Shown here piece after piece: positions 1 to 11,957 of a DNA stretch of 64,000 bases. The notes below the pieces were generated by a model. That model worked only from the letters and a program-made list of their open reading frames with translations. It did not search any database and was not told the DNA's origin. The DNA lies in NCBI GenBank assembly GCA_030704615.1, contig CM060731.1:50530001-50594000 (forward strand), in the 5' to 3' direction. The stretch comes from Takakia lepidozioides (lineage: Eukaryota; Plantae; Bryophyta). The stretch's first letter is position 1. Each line of letters starts with the position of its first letter. The translations under genes and the position numbers were made by a program.

Positions 1-2663
1 AAACTATCTCCAGTGCCACTCTTTGTTTTCATTGCTTTGGGAGCATTTGTGAGCTTCAGAAGATTATTTCAGTTGGACTTCTCTGAACTAGCCAGTGTCT
101 CAACAACAAGGATGCTATGTTATGCAAAGGCACCTCCCTGTGAACTTGATAGATAACTTGGATGCCTGCAAGCCATGATGTGGTCACCAAGACCAGACTA
201 CTCATCAAGAAGAGGGAAATGCACTTTACACAGTATATAGGGTGGCAAGCTTGCATGAAGTTGGATCAAGACAAACCAGGGCACTTGAAGAGCCGGGTGT
301 AAATAGATATCCCACCATCAAATCCACAAACACATGAGAACAGTTTGTCAGGGAATGTACTTCAATGGTGTGGAAGCATGTTGCATCTTACCTAGGTCAT
401 AAAAAGAGAAAGGAGAGGAGGAAAAACCTCCTTCATGACAGCTCCTCAACATTGAAGATGCGACCCTCAGCGCCCCATTCTACCAGCAGTGCGTGCATCT
501 GCTGCAGATTGCTAGCGGACCACTATGCGGCCAACATAGAACAGACACAGATGTGAAATCATCTGATGAGTCTCCCATTCTTGCAACTTGAAAATCCAAA
601 TCTTACTCCGCATCTTTCCTTTAGTTTTCTGCCTCTCTGCAATTCACTATTTGGAAGCCCAAGTTTAGGCAAGCAAAAAAGAGAATTAATTAACCAAGAA
701 GGATGCAGAAAGAGTCCTACGGGAGAACTCTTGACAACATACCATGGCTAATTCCTTACCAATAAAGCTGAAGGACACAAGTTGTACCTTACCAGAGCCT
801 ACTTCCTTCCCCATTCAACAATTTGGGAAAAATACACGCTTTGAAACAGACATGCTTTCCAATGGCATATTGCATCGCATCAATTGAATTGTTCCAAGAT
901 TCTTGTCCACATCTATTACTGTCCCACATCTTGCAGGCTACCAATGTAAGTTGGCTGTCCTGCACCTGCAATCATGCACCATGGAGGGGAGAAGTGTGAC
1001 ATTCCCCATATCAAAAAATGGTAAGGTCTCTACGTATTTCAAAAGTGAAAATTTACACTTAATTGTCCATTACTTGTACTAAGATGTATTTCCCCCTCTC
1101 CTTTCAGGTCCACATTGAGGAGTAAAATCTGATTAGAACTCAAGACCCACTTCACCACTCCATGATCTAAATCATCCAACCTCTGCATCGCTAGGGGCTT
1201 CTTCTTATCTTTTATGCTTCACTTTAGGCATGGGAGGGCAACTGCAATGCAAATAGAGAAATACTAGGAAGGACCTCATGCATCTTTCCCAACCCCATCA
1301 CATGCATTGTTATTGTTTTCTTGAATTGAGAGAGAGTCGTTCAAAAACTTGCGCATGTTCAGGCACATGGACTGGAGCTTCAACTCAATCCAATTCCATT
1401 GAATCGTTGTACAACCTCCTGCAAACAACATGCTTCCAACATGAGATCTACATGGTCAACATCCTCTTACAAACTTGAAGTAAGAAAAAATGCATGGGAA
1501 ATGTTGTTTGATGTAATGAACCTTCATATCCAACCCTGCTGGTGAGAGCTTGTGAAGAGATTCTAGACAGGCCTTCAAGTCTTTGTAAGGCACTTAATAT
1601 TTCTGGGAACTCGAACGTGTGACAGGTTTGGCGGGGCGTTGATGCGTTCATCTCAGTTCAACAACTGTCTGGCGAGAAGAATGGGTTGTCATGTGATAGG
1701 CAAGCATCTTGAAGATTCGATTGAAGACATACACGACATTGTACATGCGCGCCTCCCCAGTTCACATATCATGATGTCAGACTCATGCTTCAGCATGACA
1801 TACAACTCAGGTCTTGGTTTCAGCAGGGCCAGGATCACCTGAGACAGATACTCTGGGATCATAATCATCTTTTCCTTAAAGGGCAGATGGCCAGGCAATG
1901 GCTTGAGACTTCTAAGCATCTCCACAAACCACCCAATTAGACGGAGGGTGTATTGCGTACCTATACTGCCCTGGCTAGGAAGAAGGTTGATAGAGCTTGT
2001 CTTGACAATGTTCCAGACATGGGCAGGCTCTATGTGATCTTGCTACATGTGAATAGGATGTGATATAGAAAAGATTAGGGATTCTCTCCCTCTCTCTCCA
2101 TGGTGTGAAAAGTTGTAGATACGAGCTGTGAATAGGGGTAGAGAAAAGGCATCGAGAAAGTGTCGTAAGATTGATGAACAGAACTGGAACGGGGGAGAAT
2201 CGTGCATGGTGTGGAGACTAGGAGGACTGGATATATTCCAGTACCATGTGCCATCGTTGTGAATTCATACCGTACCTGTCCAGGGAGTTTTAGATTGCTG
2301 GAACTCGAGCGGATGTTTAAGCGTGAGGTGCTATCGTGTAATTGTACATGACTGGAATGAAGAAAGGTATTGTGAGCACTAAGTGTATGACAGGAACGTG
2401 GCAAGAGCCACTATGGGTTCTACTTGGCACTGTGTGATAATCTGCCAAGAGTCCATGAGCTTTTGCATTGTTGCTTGGGCCAAGAGTTAACTAGAGACAG
2501 ACGGTGTGCAGATAAGAGAAAGAAATCGATCGTCAGAGCTTTACAGGTCAAAAATAGAATACTCCAATGAAGAAAAAAATAAAAATAAAAAATCAAATAG
2601 ACCTTAACTGTGAAGAGCAATTTGAGCATGTAGGAACAGAAAGACTGAGGAACGTAAGATCTT

Positions 2664-3760
2664 GGTATCAAACCCTATTTTAACTAATTCTGGGCTTTAG
2701 GCTTAAATCCGGACCAAACTTAATATATATTTGAATTAAAATTAATTCAAATGTTAATAATATCATGGTGTAATTTGTGATTGAACTTTGTGAAATTACC
2801 AGTCATGTCATACTTGCTTCAAAATGTGACATATAAGATGTCCATTTGACATTGAAGTGCTTGTGAAGTTGCACTACTGAACAATTCATTGAACGTCCAC
2901 TTGGGAAGTCGAATGATGTAATATTACATTATGTAATCACGATAAACAAATGTGTCGAATCGAACATGGGGTAGACTCATACTCTACCATACTCGATATA
3001 ACTTGATAGTAATTTTGATTGAATCTTCATGTTGACAAGCACAATTATATTCAGAGACAATGCCATTGGAATGATGTTTTGGGTGTGAGAAGGGCAGTAA
3101 AATATTAAAATAGCTTGAAACATTAGGAAGATGACCTACTAGGGTAGTAAAATGAAGTTTGGGGTGTAAATAGATATATTAAGTGCAATAAGGTCCAAAT
3201 TTGTGGTGACTCGAAGAAGGGTTTAGGGTTGTAAAGGGTTTAGGGTAGAAAGAGATAAACAAATATGGAAGACTCACCTCCGTAGAATGTAAAAATATAA
3301 GGGGAATTTGATATCCATGTAATCATTCTATCATACATTGTGCAACAAAATTAAAGAAGACATTAAAAGAGAATGATACAAATTTTACAAGAGGTAACAC
3401 GGTAGTACAATAAGGTTTGGAGTTTAAGTAGGGTACTACACTAAGGTTTTTGGTATATGGTAAGAGTAATGGTTTAGGGTACTAAGGGTCACGCTTAAGC
3501 TTAGGGTAAGGATTAAGAGAAGGGTAAAGGGAAGGGTAAGGGTTTAGGGTTTGGATTTAGGATAGAAAGAAAGAAACAAATATGGAAGACTCACACATGG
3601 TAGTACAATAACTTGGTTTGGAGTGTAAGTAGGGTAGTACACTAACCTGGTTTTTGGTATATGATAAGAGTCTAATGGTTTAGGGTAGTAAGTGTCAGGC
3701 TTAAGCTTAGGGTGAGGATTAAGGGAAGGGTAAGGGTTTAGGGTTTGGAATTCACACAAC
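2664..3760 (+). mobile_element. Left terminal/subterminal region (long TIR-like end) of a large DNA transposon, with degenerate TTTAGGG motifs
   Basis: Starts GGTATCAAACCCTATTTTAACTAATTCTGG. Aligns over ~1 kb (roughly 80-85% by eye) to the reverse complement of the region ending at 39588. Internal ~300-bp repeat units are rich in GGGTTTAGGG. Confidence 0.7.
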
Positions 3761-4089
3761 AATAACCATTCACATAATTGCAATATACAAGTCCCCCTAA
3801 AATGCTTTTACAACTGTTTCTACTACAGTTGCGTGAATTATATTGTAAGGTATTACGTGATTGCCCGACAAATACTCCTTGGAGATTTCACCATTGATAT
3901 GTTAGGAAACAAAAAAATACAACTTCAAAATAAATTTCAATTAACATTCTCAGAGGTTTAGGGTGGCGGAAGATTACCGTGCTGGTTGTATTGCTTGTTT
4001 TGTTCAATGTGGTGGTTTTTTAGGACAGTGGTTTCGGAAATGTCCGGATGTTTATTTCTCAACCGTTTTATTGATCCCCAAATCCAGCG

Positions 4090-4852
4090 TTAGTTTGTTG
4101 TCAATCAATAGTTGATGCGAGAACCCCCAGGACGTTTGGTTTCAAAGTGGAGGTGGGTCGTCTGAACAAGTCGTTGATGCGTGAATGCATTAGACTGGGT
4201 TTTAGATTTCCCGACGAGGGCTCAGTATTTACCGACGTAGGTTTGTCGAGGGCCTGGAGTATTTTTGTGGATCTTCTGCACGCAATGGGGAACGACATTC
4301 GCAAGAAGTGAGCACTGGAGGAAGCATCAAAGCCGAAGAAGGGAAAATGCAAGTCGTCGACTGCCGGGAATGATGACAATGAGGTCGGGACTTCCGCAGG
4401 GAAGAAGAAACAGAAGGAGAAACATGATCCAACATTGATGACAAATAATAAGAGACCCAAAGTAATAAGAGACCCAAAGCTGGGGAGATTTTCGACAAGG
4501 AAAAGTGCGAGAAGATGGAGGAGAGACTCACGAAGGAATACAACGATGTATTTCCCTTTGGATTCGAGAGTACCTTCCTTGTGAAGGTTTCCATGATGGA
4601 ACTAGCTCCAATGAGCATGGTTTATAGGCCGTTAAATATCAAGCATAAGGACGAAGTGTAAGGAATACTACCGGGAGTGGCTTGCGAAGATTGTATGGTC
4701 TACCGATGAACAAAGGCTACTGAAGCTATCAAAGCTCCTCAACGATCCCAATAAGGCGCAAAAGTTTGATACAACAATGCCGAAGAAAGTTGTGCATGCG
4801 CGAATGTTATTCAACCTGAGGAGGAAGCCAAAGAAATATAACGATCACACCA
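4090..4852 (+). pseudogene. 5' part of TE-borne ParB/Srx-like gene (copy 1), interrupted by CACTA insertion
   Basis: Translates to PRTFGFKVEV..FPFGFE..VSMMELAP..MVYRPLNIKHKDEV..LSKLLNDPNKAQKFDTT..KPKKYNDHT, homologous to 25300-26360. Contains stops and a deletion. The frame resumes at 15459 after removing the CACTA element. Confidence 0.8.
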
Positions 4853-5699
4853 CACTACAACAGAACGCGGTATATATGACTGTATATATAACTGTCTCGC
4901 AGTCATAAACGGTACATATGACTTCGCTGACTGCAAGTCGTGCAAACCAAGTGAATACAATGAGTACAGGATGGTCGGTCACGTATGACTGCAGCAAGAT
5001 GAACCAAGTGATACATCTGACTGTCATTTGGCAATCATATGTACTTCTACCATACATGACTTAGTGTGCTGTTGCAAACTGTACACGTGTCTCTTTTTAA
5101 TAAGTCCAGGAGGTTTTTGTGGATGTGTGCCATCTGGCATCTCCAAAAATTGACATATGGCATATTATGATGAGGCTTTGCAGTCATTATCCTGACTACC
5201 AACATGCTGACATTTGGACACGTGGCATCATATGATTAGTTTATTTTGAATTTTAAATGTATTTAAAGTCATTCCCATGACTATGCCTGTAGGAGCTCAT
5301 TGCCAGGTGTTTTTCCAAGGATATGACACGTGTCAATATATGATGCGATGTTGTGTAGTCATGGTGCCTACTGTAAAGTGGTTTGTTGGGTTGGACACGT
5401 GGCATCAAATCAATTGTTTGAGAATTTGGTTTTTAATATTATTTGGAAAATCATAACACACCACTATTCACAAGAAAGAACAAAGTGACAAAGTGGAAAG
5501 GACATAACAAAGGCACTGAAGACAACAACAACACATGTAAAAAGATATTCTCTTAAACAACTGCCAGTCAGATTTACAAAATAGCACTTCTGTCCCAAAA
5601 TCTGGCTCCTCAAAACACAGTCTAAGGGAACAAGTTCATCACCCTGTATTTCTGTGAGTTGCATCCACCCAATTAGCTTACTTGAATAATTCAACATGA

Positions 5700-5890
5700 A
5701 AAGGGGAGGGGGTACATCCTTGAGCCACACCTTGGTCTATGTCTGACTCATAGAAGTTAGACTTTTGTCCATTAACATTGACACAACTTTTTGGTGTGAG
5801 CATGCAAATTATGGACAACTCTCCACATCTTTCCCTTGATCCCCCACGTGACCCTAGGCGCCATAGACCATCCCTCCACACTGTGGAGAA
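5700..5890 (-). mobile_element. Short LINE reverse-transcriptase fragment
   Basis: TVWRDGLW..KSCVNVNGQKSNF..IDQGVAQGCT matches the LINE RT at 54840-55020. Confidence 0.8.
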
Positions 5891-7479
5891 ATGGATCATG
5901 TGTACACGGAGGAACCACACTGCAATGCAGCAAACAAAGGCACTAGAATTGAGAGGAGGATCACCTAGAAGGAAGAAAGGTGATGAGGAAGAAGGGAAAT
6001 ACTTCCCTTGTGAGAGGATCACAGCTGGATAAGGAAAAGCGACGATCATGGGGAGCTTGGGAGTGAAGAACAGAGCTGAAAAATCCTGCAAAGAAGCCCA
6101 CAACAAGCACTTCTTGTGAGCAGCATTCCACCACATGAAGGATGTCCCTTTGATGGAGACACACAAACAAGAGCTGAACCACAAGGGACAGTCAAGGAGG
6201 ATGAGCATGATGGGCTAGAGACAGAAGGAAATGAGGACGCCTATGACCAGATTTGGAGAAGTATGATGAGGAGACTCGGAAAACTTAAACTGAAGAGGAC
6301 AGACCTGTTCCAACAAAAGCCAGCATGTGGGAAGCACTGAAAAGAATGGAAATGCTCAGAGTGGAATCATCCGAACACATGGAATTCTTCCAACTGTTGG
6401 GCATGAGCAAATTAAAACCACTGAGAGTAAACACATGGCAATGCTGCAATTGAAAGCAGTATTGAGGGAGAAACCACCTAAATGGCTAGAACATGAAAAA
6501 TGAGAAAGGGAGTATTTCACTGACGAAGAGGGTGAAAGATGGGAGAGCAAGGTTGACAACTGGCTGCTTGGAAGAAAGGGGCTGTGGTGGGAAATCCTGC
6601 CAAGGAGACCACGACAAACACCAAATGGGAGTGAGAATCAAGCATACAAAGAGCTGCCCTCTTGCTAGCCCTCTTGGATGAATCTGGACCCACACTCTAT
6701 CTCTGCTCCTTCAGCTATCCATGCCTGATCTGCACAAATCATGCATTCATCCTTGCCTTGCTACTAGCAGCGGGGAATGCTTGCACGTGAGCCTGTGAGC
6801 CTAGCTAGGCTCCCGCCACGTCAGCAAGCATCCATGTGTGCAGGGCCTAATTCCGTGACGCCCCCCCCCCCTATTTCCGCGGATCGGTTGTCGCCTATGT
6901 CCTTATTTTTTGAACCATCTTCATCGCCCCACATTTATTCTTTCCGGCCAAGGAACAATGGAAGGTTTGTGGATGGTTTAGCATTGAGGACATGATTTTG
7001 GATTGAGAAAATCGCCCGCTAGAGAATTGAATATTAACAACAAAGCCTTCTTTTGCAACGTAGTTCCTTCATTCCAACCCACAAACATTTTCCAATGCTG
7101 GAATCTCTAGACCTACATCAGGCAATCCCTAACTGTACTTTCGGGAACGCGCGAAAAACTTGAAGAACAGGTTGGCAATGATTGCAACACCAAAACACAA
7201 TTTATTAAGCCTCTGTACATGAACGTCACGAACTACTGGAGGTTTCAGAGGAAGCACTTCCAGAGTCAGCAGCAATATCATCTATGAACACAGCAGCCCA
7301 TCCGCGATGTTTTTTTCTGCCATGACCCCCATAAAGAGGGGAATACATTGTTTGTTGGGACAACACCTGTGCGCATGCTTCCGCGTAAACCGGCAAGCGG
7401 TAAGCTCGAGGGGGACTCGGGGTCATGTAGTATCCTTGGAAACCGAAAGGTGTCTGCTGATTCGATGACTGGTGCCGCA

Positions 7480-8520
7480 CTCTGGAAAGCAAGAAGAGGA
7501 ATGGTGGTAGATGTCATCATCCAGAAATATGCCATGTAAGCAACCATCTGTTGAACGGGAATGACACAAGGAAATGCAAATTCGGGCTCCTCCAGAACTG
7601 CCTCTGTGGATGGGGCAGAAGTAGTGCCCGACTCAAGTTGATGAAGCTCGCTTGAGAAGAGCTCCGAATCAGCCTCCATGCCGAAGGAATGCCTTCCGGC
7701 GCTTTTGCACGCATGAAAAGATGCTCCTGCAAATAGAAGACGAACGAGAAATTAAAACAGGGCTTCCCTCTGTATATTGAATCTGCCACAGTCCATATTT
7801 CAAATACAGAGTTCAGGGCCCCATCTGTGCCAATAGACAAATCAACCACTCGTCCTCCGTGACGGCTGCATGTCTCCACCAAAGTCTGCATGAAAGCTGA
7901 GAATTTCTCCCGGGCACCTTCCAAGGGACACCAGTCGACCTTTTCGTAGTTCGACCCGAGTCCATGTAATTGAAGATTACATCATCCTCCATAGGCTTGC
8001 AGGTGGGGTCAATGTGAGCTGCAAGGTCCCTCAACTGGAACTCAGCAATACCAGGAGGAAGGGTGTCCTTCCGCACCCTCGTTAGGCACAAAGCTTCAAA
8101 CACCCGAGTCTGCCACAAATTACGAAGAGAGCATGAGCAAAAAGACATAACCTACTTATAAAACTTTATGGAGAACCACGAAACTTTCATTGATAGGAAC
8201 CAACTCACTTTCTACCAAGGGAACTCGCCCTTCGTAAGAGGCAGGGTGTTGATGCATGTCCAAGTTTTGATGACACGAAACCCGGAAGCTTTCATGTAGC
8301 TAAAAATAGTTCTCCGTGCCGACATGTCCTTTGATTGCATGAGAAGAAGAGCCCCCGAGTCAGAAAGGAATTTGTTGCCGAATGATAAAGCCCACTGCCA
8401 GTAACGAGAATCCGATTTGTTCCAAGTAGGGGTTGCATTGGAAGGCAACACATCAGGGACGGACAAACCGTCAAGAATGTCCAGCACCACAAGGTCAGTC
8501 CCATATGCCTGCTAAACTCC
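7480..8520 (-). pseudogene. Intron-containing beta-class N6A/N4C DNA amino-methyltransferase-like remnant
   Basis: Order is motif IV-like DLVVLDILDG..PTWN..LSDSGALLL, then PWxGAREK..LVETCSRHGGRVVDLSIGT, then after an intron GASFHACKSAGRHSFGMEADSELF (SAM-binding motifs X/I/II). Has a frameshift and a mutated splice donor. Confidence 0.7.
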
Positions 8521-8589
8521 ATTCACCCAATCTGGCCTTTTTGTGACCTGTAACAAAAAACAAGAGAAGAGTCTACCACAACCACCCGG

Positions 8590-9640
8590 ATTTGTCAACG
8601 CGATCGAGAATTATTTCACAAGCCCGAGCTTGCCTGGAGCTCTGGAAAAGGGGAAAGAGGTCCATGGTGACATCGTCAAAGCTGGAAATGTACCAAATGA
8701 ACACTGCCCCGGTGGACATGTATGCCAAATGTGGGTGCATTAAGGATGCAAAGGGAGTTTTCAACACTATGGCTGAACGAGATGTGGTGTCATGGAACGC
8801 GATACTTGCAGGGTGACCCTCTGCTCATGAACGTCGTTTTCTTTACAGGAGGGAAAGTGCTTTACACAGAGCAGGGACATGGTATGGAGGCTTTGGAGAC
8901 CTATGATCTCCTTCAAAAGCACAGCGGCTACAAATGGGTAGATGGTCAACTGGAAACAGCAGCGGCAATAGCACAATTCATAGAACAAGGCGCTGCTATT
9001 GAAGGTACCTTCTTCAACATATTTCACCCTATTTTCCCTTGCTATCAGAGTCATCCCTAAATTTTTATGTTGAATTCTGCAAGTTAGCTCGTTGGTGGAT
9101 CTATGGTGGGGAGTGATTTTGACATGTTACTGCCAATGTGGTCGACAGGAAAGTATCGAAGAATAGATAACATAGACTCGAGGAGAAGCTCTGGAGTGAA
9201 TACGTTCCCGACCTCAGTCAATGGTGGAACAATCGAGGCAAAAGATGAATGCCTGTTGGAAGCAAACGCATAGGAACTAGTGTGATAACTAGGGTTGGGG
9301 TGTTTGCTCAAGCAATTCTAGGTTGTCATTGTCAGCTGCTAGCAGCAAGGCGAGGATGTATGCATGATTTGTGCAGGGGCATGGATAGCTGAAGGAGCAA
9401 GGATAGAGTGTGGGTCCAGATTCATCCAAGAGGGCCGGATTTCAAGCTCCAGATTACCTATGATTCCATGTGGAAGGATAGGTACAAGAAACGTGCATGG
9501 GTAGATGGCCAATTGGAAGCCGCCGCAGGCAGCGACACAATTGATCAAATCAGGCACTATTAATCAAGGCACCTTCTTCAACACATTTCACCCTATTTTT
9601 TCTTCTTATCAGAATTGGCCGTATCCAGAAGTATTGCTCT
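8590..9640 (+). pseudogene. Fragments of PLS-type PPR and OSB-type PDF motif gene(s)
   Basis: LEKGKEVHGDIVKAG, VDMYAKCGCIKDAKGVFNTMAERDVVSWNA, and IHPRGPDFKLQITYDSMWKD..WVDGQL at ~9420-9520. Confidence 0.8.
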
Positions 9641-10249
9641 GTTTAACAGGGTCCTTGATTCAGCTAGTAGCACCAGAACAAACTAGTACTACAACAATTC
9701 AGCCCAGGTGTGGGCTTGCTTATTTTTTGCTTACTAGGCCTTTTCAAACATGAATTTTTGGACCTTGTGGCCTTTGAGGTGTCCATTGGGACATTGGTCT
9801 CATTTGGATTTTTGTAATATAATTTACAAGGCGTGTATCCCCCTGTACTGGTCTATTTTGATTATCTTGTGGTTGCTAGTATGCAGGAGGGGCATTCTGT
9901 TTTTATATCGGAATTTCACCATGTAATGAAGAATTTAAATCATTTAATCTATTTTTATTTTATATGATATTATTAAATTAAACAATACTACCATTTGATA
10001 AAATTTTCCAAGATGCTATTCCCCTGTTTTTAAAATAAAGTATAAGTTTAAGAATTTAAAATTATAAATATAAACTATTAAATTATTTTCAAAGAACATT
10101 CTTGATGACACGTGGCATAAACCCTGCTCGAACTAGAACACGTGGCATTATATGACACGACATTCTTTTATCCATGTTTTCACCATGTGTAATGATAAGT
10201 AATTATATATGCTAGTCATATATTCTGTCTAAGTGCCACATGTCACATC

Positions 10250-10573
10250 TAAAGTGCAACAGGTGTCGTGACGTGTCGCCTTCGTAGTGGTGCACGTGTT
10301 CCTCTAAAGCCTCTCCATGTAGGCAACGCTCAGCAGACAATGTAGTCATATAGTTAGTCATATGTAAGTCATAGAGTTATGACTACATCCCTCTCTTATG
10401 TATGACTCCAGGTGCCACGCACGCAGTCACGACTATGACTTGCAAAACGCAGTCCTAAAGACTAGTCGCTATGACAGGGCTTTTTTCACTACAGAGTGAT
10501 GTAGTCATGAACGCATATAGGACTAAAAAAATAGTCATATGTGCAGTCATAAAAACGCTCATCTGTTGTAGTG
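10250..10573. mobile_element. Right end of a second CACTA family
   Basis: ...GTCATAAAAACGCTCATCTGTTGTAGTG ends at 10573 and is followed by CAA. Dense AGTCAT/ATGACT subterminal repeats. Inverted match to the end at 18338. Confidence 0.8.
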
Positions 10574-10605
10574 CAACCATCCGAAGATCTGCTTATATGG
10601 ATATT

Positions 10606-11097
10606 CAACCTTGCGTTGACGCCAGGTTGAATACCTCTGCCGAAAACACCTGTCCATGGTATTTGATGACATTAACTACCCTACAACATTATGGAAATTG
10701 TGCGATTTCTTTGGGACCTATCTAGCAATCCAGACCGTCAATCAACGTTGCGTCAACGCAAGGCTGTTTGGTGGTACGGTATAAGCCCCAGACAGCATTT
10801 CACTCTAAACAGACTTCATGTTCATCCTGGTAGAAGCGGAACTGGAAACGACAGCGAACAATAGCCAAAGAATACAGGAAGACCTACGGATCCTTAAAAA
10901 ATCCCTGGCCCTCCATCAACCTTGCGTTGACGCAACGTTGATTTGCCTTGCGGTTGTGCCCTTTAACAAGCCACAATGCAGAAAACGACACCATTGGAGA
11001 CCCCAGGTACAGGAAAGTGAAACCAAAACCACACTTGCATGAAGATCATGACATGGGCGTGGCAGTCGAGATACAAGCTTGCGTTGACGCAATGTTG
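10606..11097. repeat. Dispersed 24-bp palindrome CAACCTTGCGT-TG/CA-ACGCAAGGTTG, 4 copies (fifth at 18272)
   Basis: Copies at 10606, 10743, 10917 and 11074, spaced 137-174 bp. Another copy at 18272-18295 and a half-site at 18198-18210. Confidence 0.9.
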
Positions 11098-11239
11098 CTC
11101 GGCTGCACTTCCAGAGCCCTTAGACCTCCCTTAAAACCTGCAAATTCAAAATTATGCATAGAAAACTTGACACAAGAATACTGAAACATACACTTCTAGT
11201 ACCACAATAGTTTCTGGGAGGTCGGACCTGTACAACACT

Positions 11240-11957
11240 CGTTTCATTGCTTGCTCGCTGTTATACTGATTTTTGAATTCTGGGATCTGGAGATTCCATT
11301 GTCTCTCTCAAACTCCCTGAAGAAGCAGTTGTTCCAGACAACGAGCTTCCATCTCCTGATATATACCTCCAGTGTGATCCGAGGGTGAGCCATCTGGATT
11401 TTGTAGTCTGCCATGGACTCCCCAAGTGCAGCCACTGCTCGTTTTTCCAACTGCAGCAAGAAATATTATACGAATTTGGGAGAGAGCACGAATGTGCACT
11501 ATCATTTTGGTTTTGTGAATGCCTTGCCTGGCTCCAGAAGGTTGCTTTGTGCAGCCACTGGTCGAATGTGTGGTCGCTAACAACTTTTATTGCTTGTGTT
11601 TTCGAGTCCCTCTCAGGAGTTGGTGTCTCTCACAAGTGGATCCGAATTCCAGATCTCCAACCACCTGATTTTGGTTGCATTTTCCACTATTGATATGGAA
11701 AGACGATGCAGTTTCTCTTGGGTCATTTCTGGCTTGGAGCCATACTTGTCATAATATGTTTTCACCTGCTCCAGAAATTCCGTGCCTAGACATGGATCTG
11801 CTATGCGGATTTGTTTGTCGAACGCACTCATGAGGTTCTTCCTTTGATTGTTCATCTCAAATCTCATAATGTCCTCAAGCCCAGTTGCAGACCTCTGCTC
11901 TTTTGTGTGGGATGCATAGTATTCTGCTTTCGCGGAGTGGTCTGTGAGATCCAACAC
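11240..11957 (-). pseudogene. Unidentified coding remnant of the palindrome-bearing element
   Basis: Protein-like ORF pieces 11613-11957 and 11244-11459 lie in the same frame, separated by stops. No family recognised. Confidence 0.35.

Noticed and set aside
1-2660. Possible minus-strand gene or retroelement remnant
   Set aside because: Some exon-like pieces, but many stops and no recognisable domain.
2663-2672. LTR-retrotransposon primer-binding site (TGGTATCA)
   Set aside because: No AGAGC continuation, no LTR pair or gag-pol. The sequence is explained as the DNA transposon terminus.
10606-11097. CRISPR array (palindromic repeats with unique spacers)
   Set aside because: Spacers are 113-150 bp and irregular, repeats alternate orientation, there are no cas genes and the context is eukaryotic.
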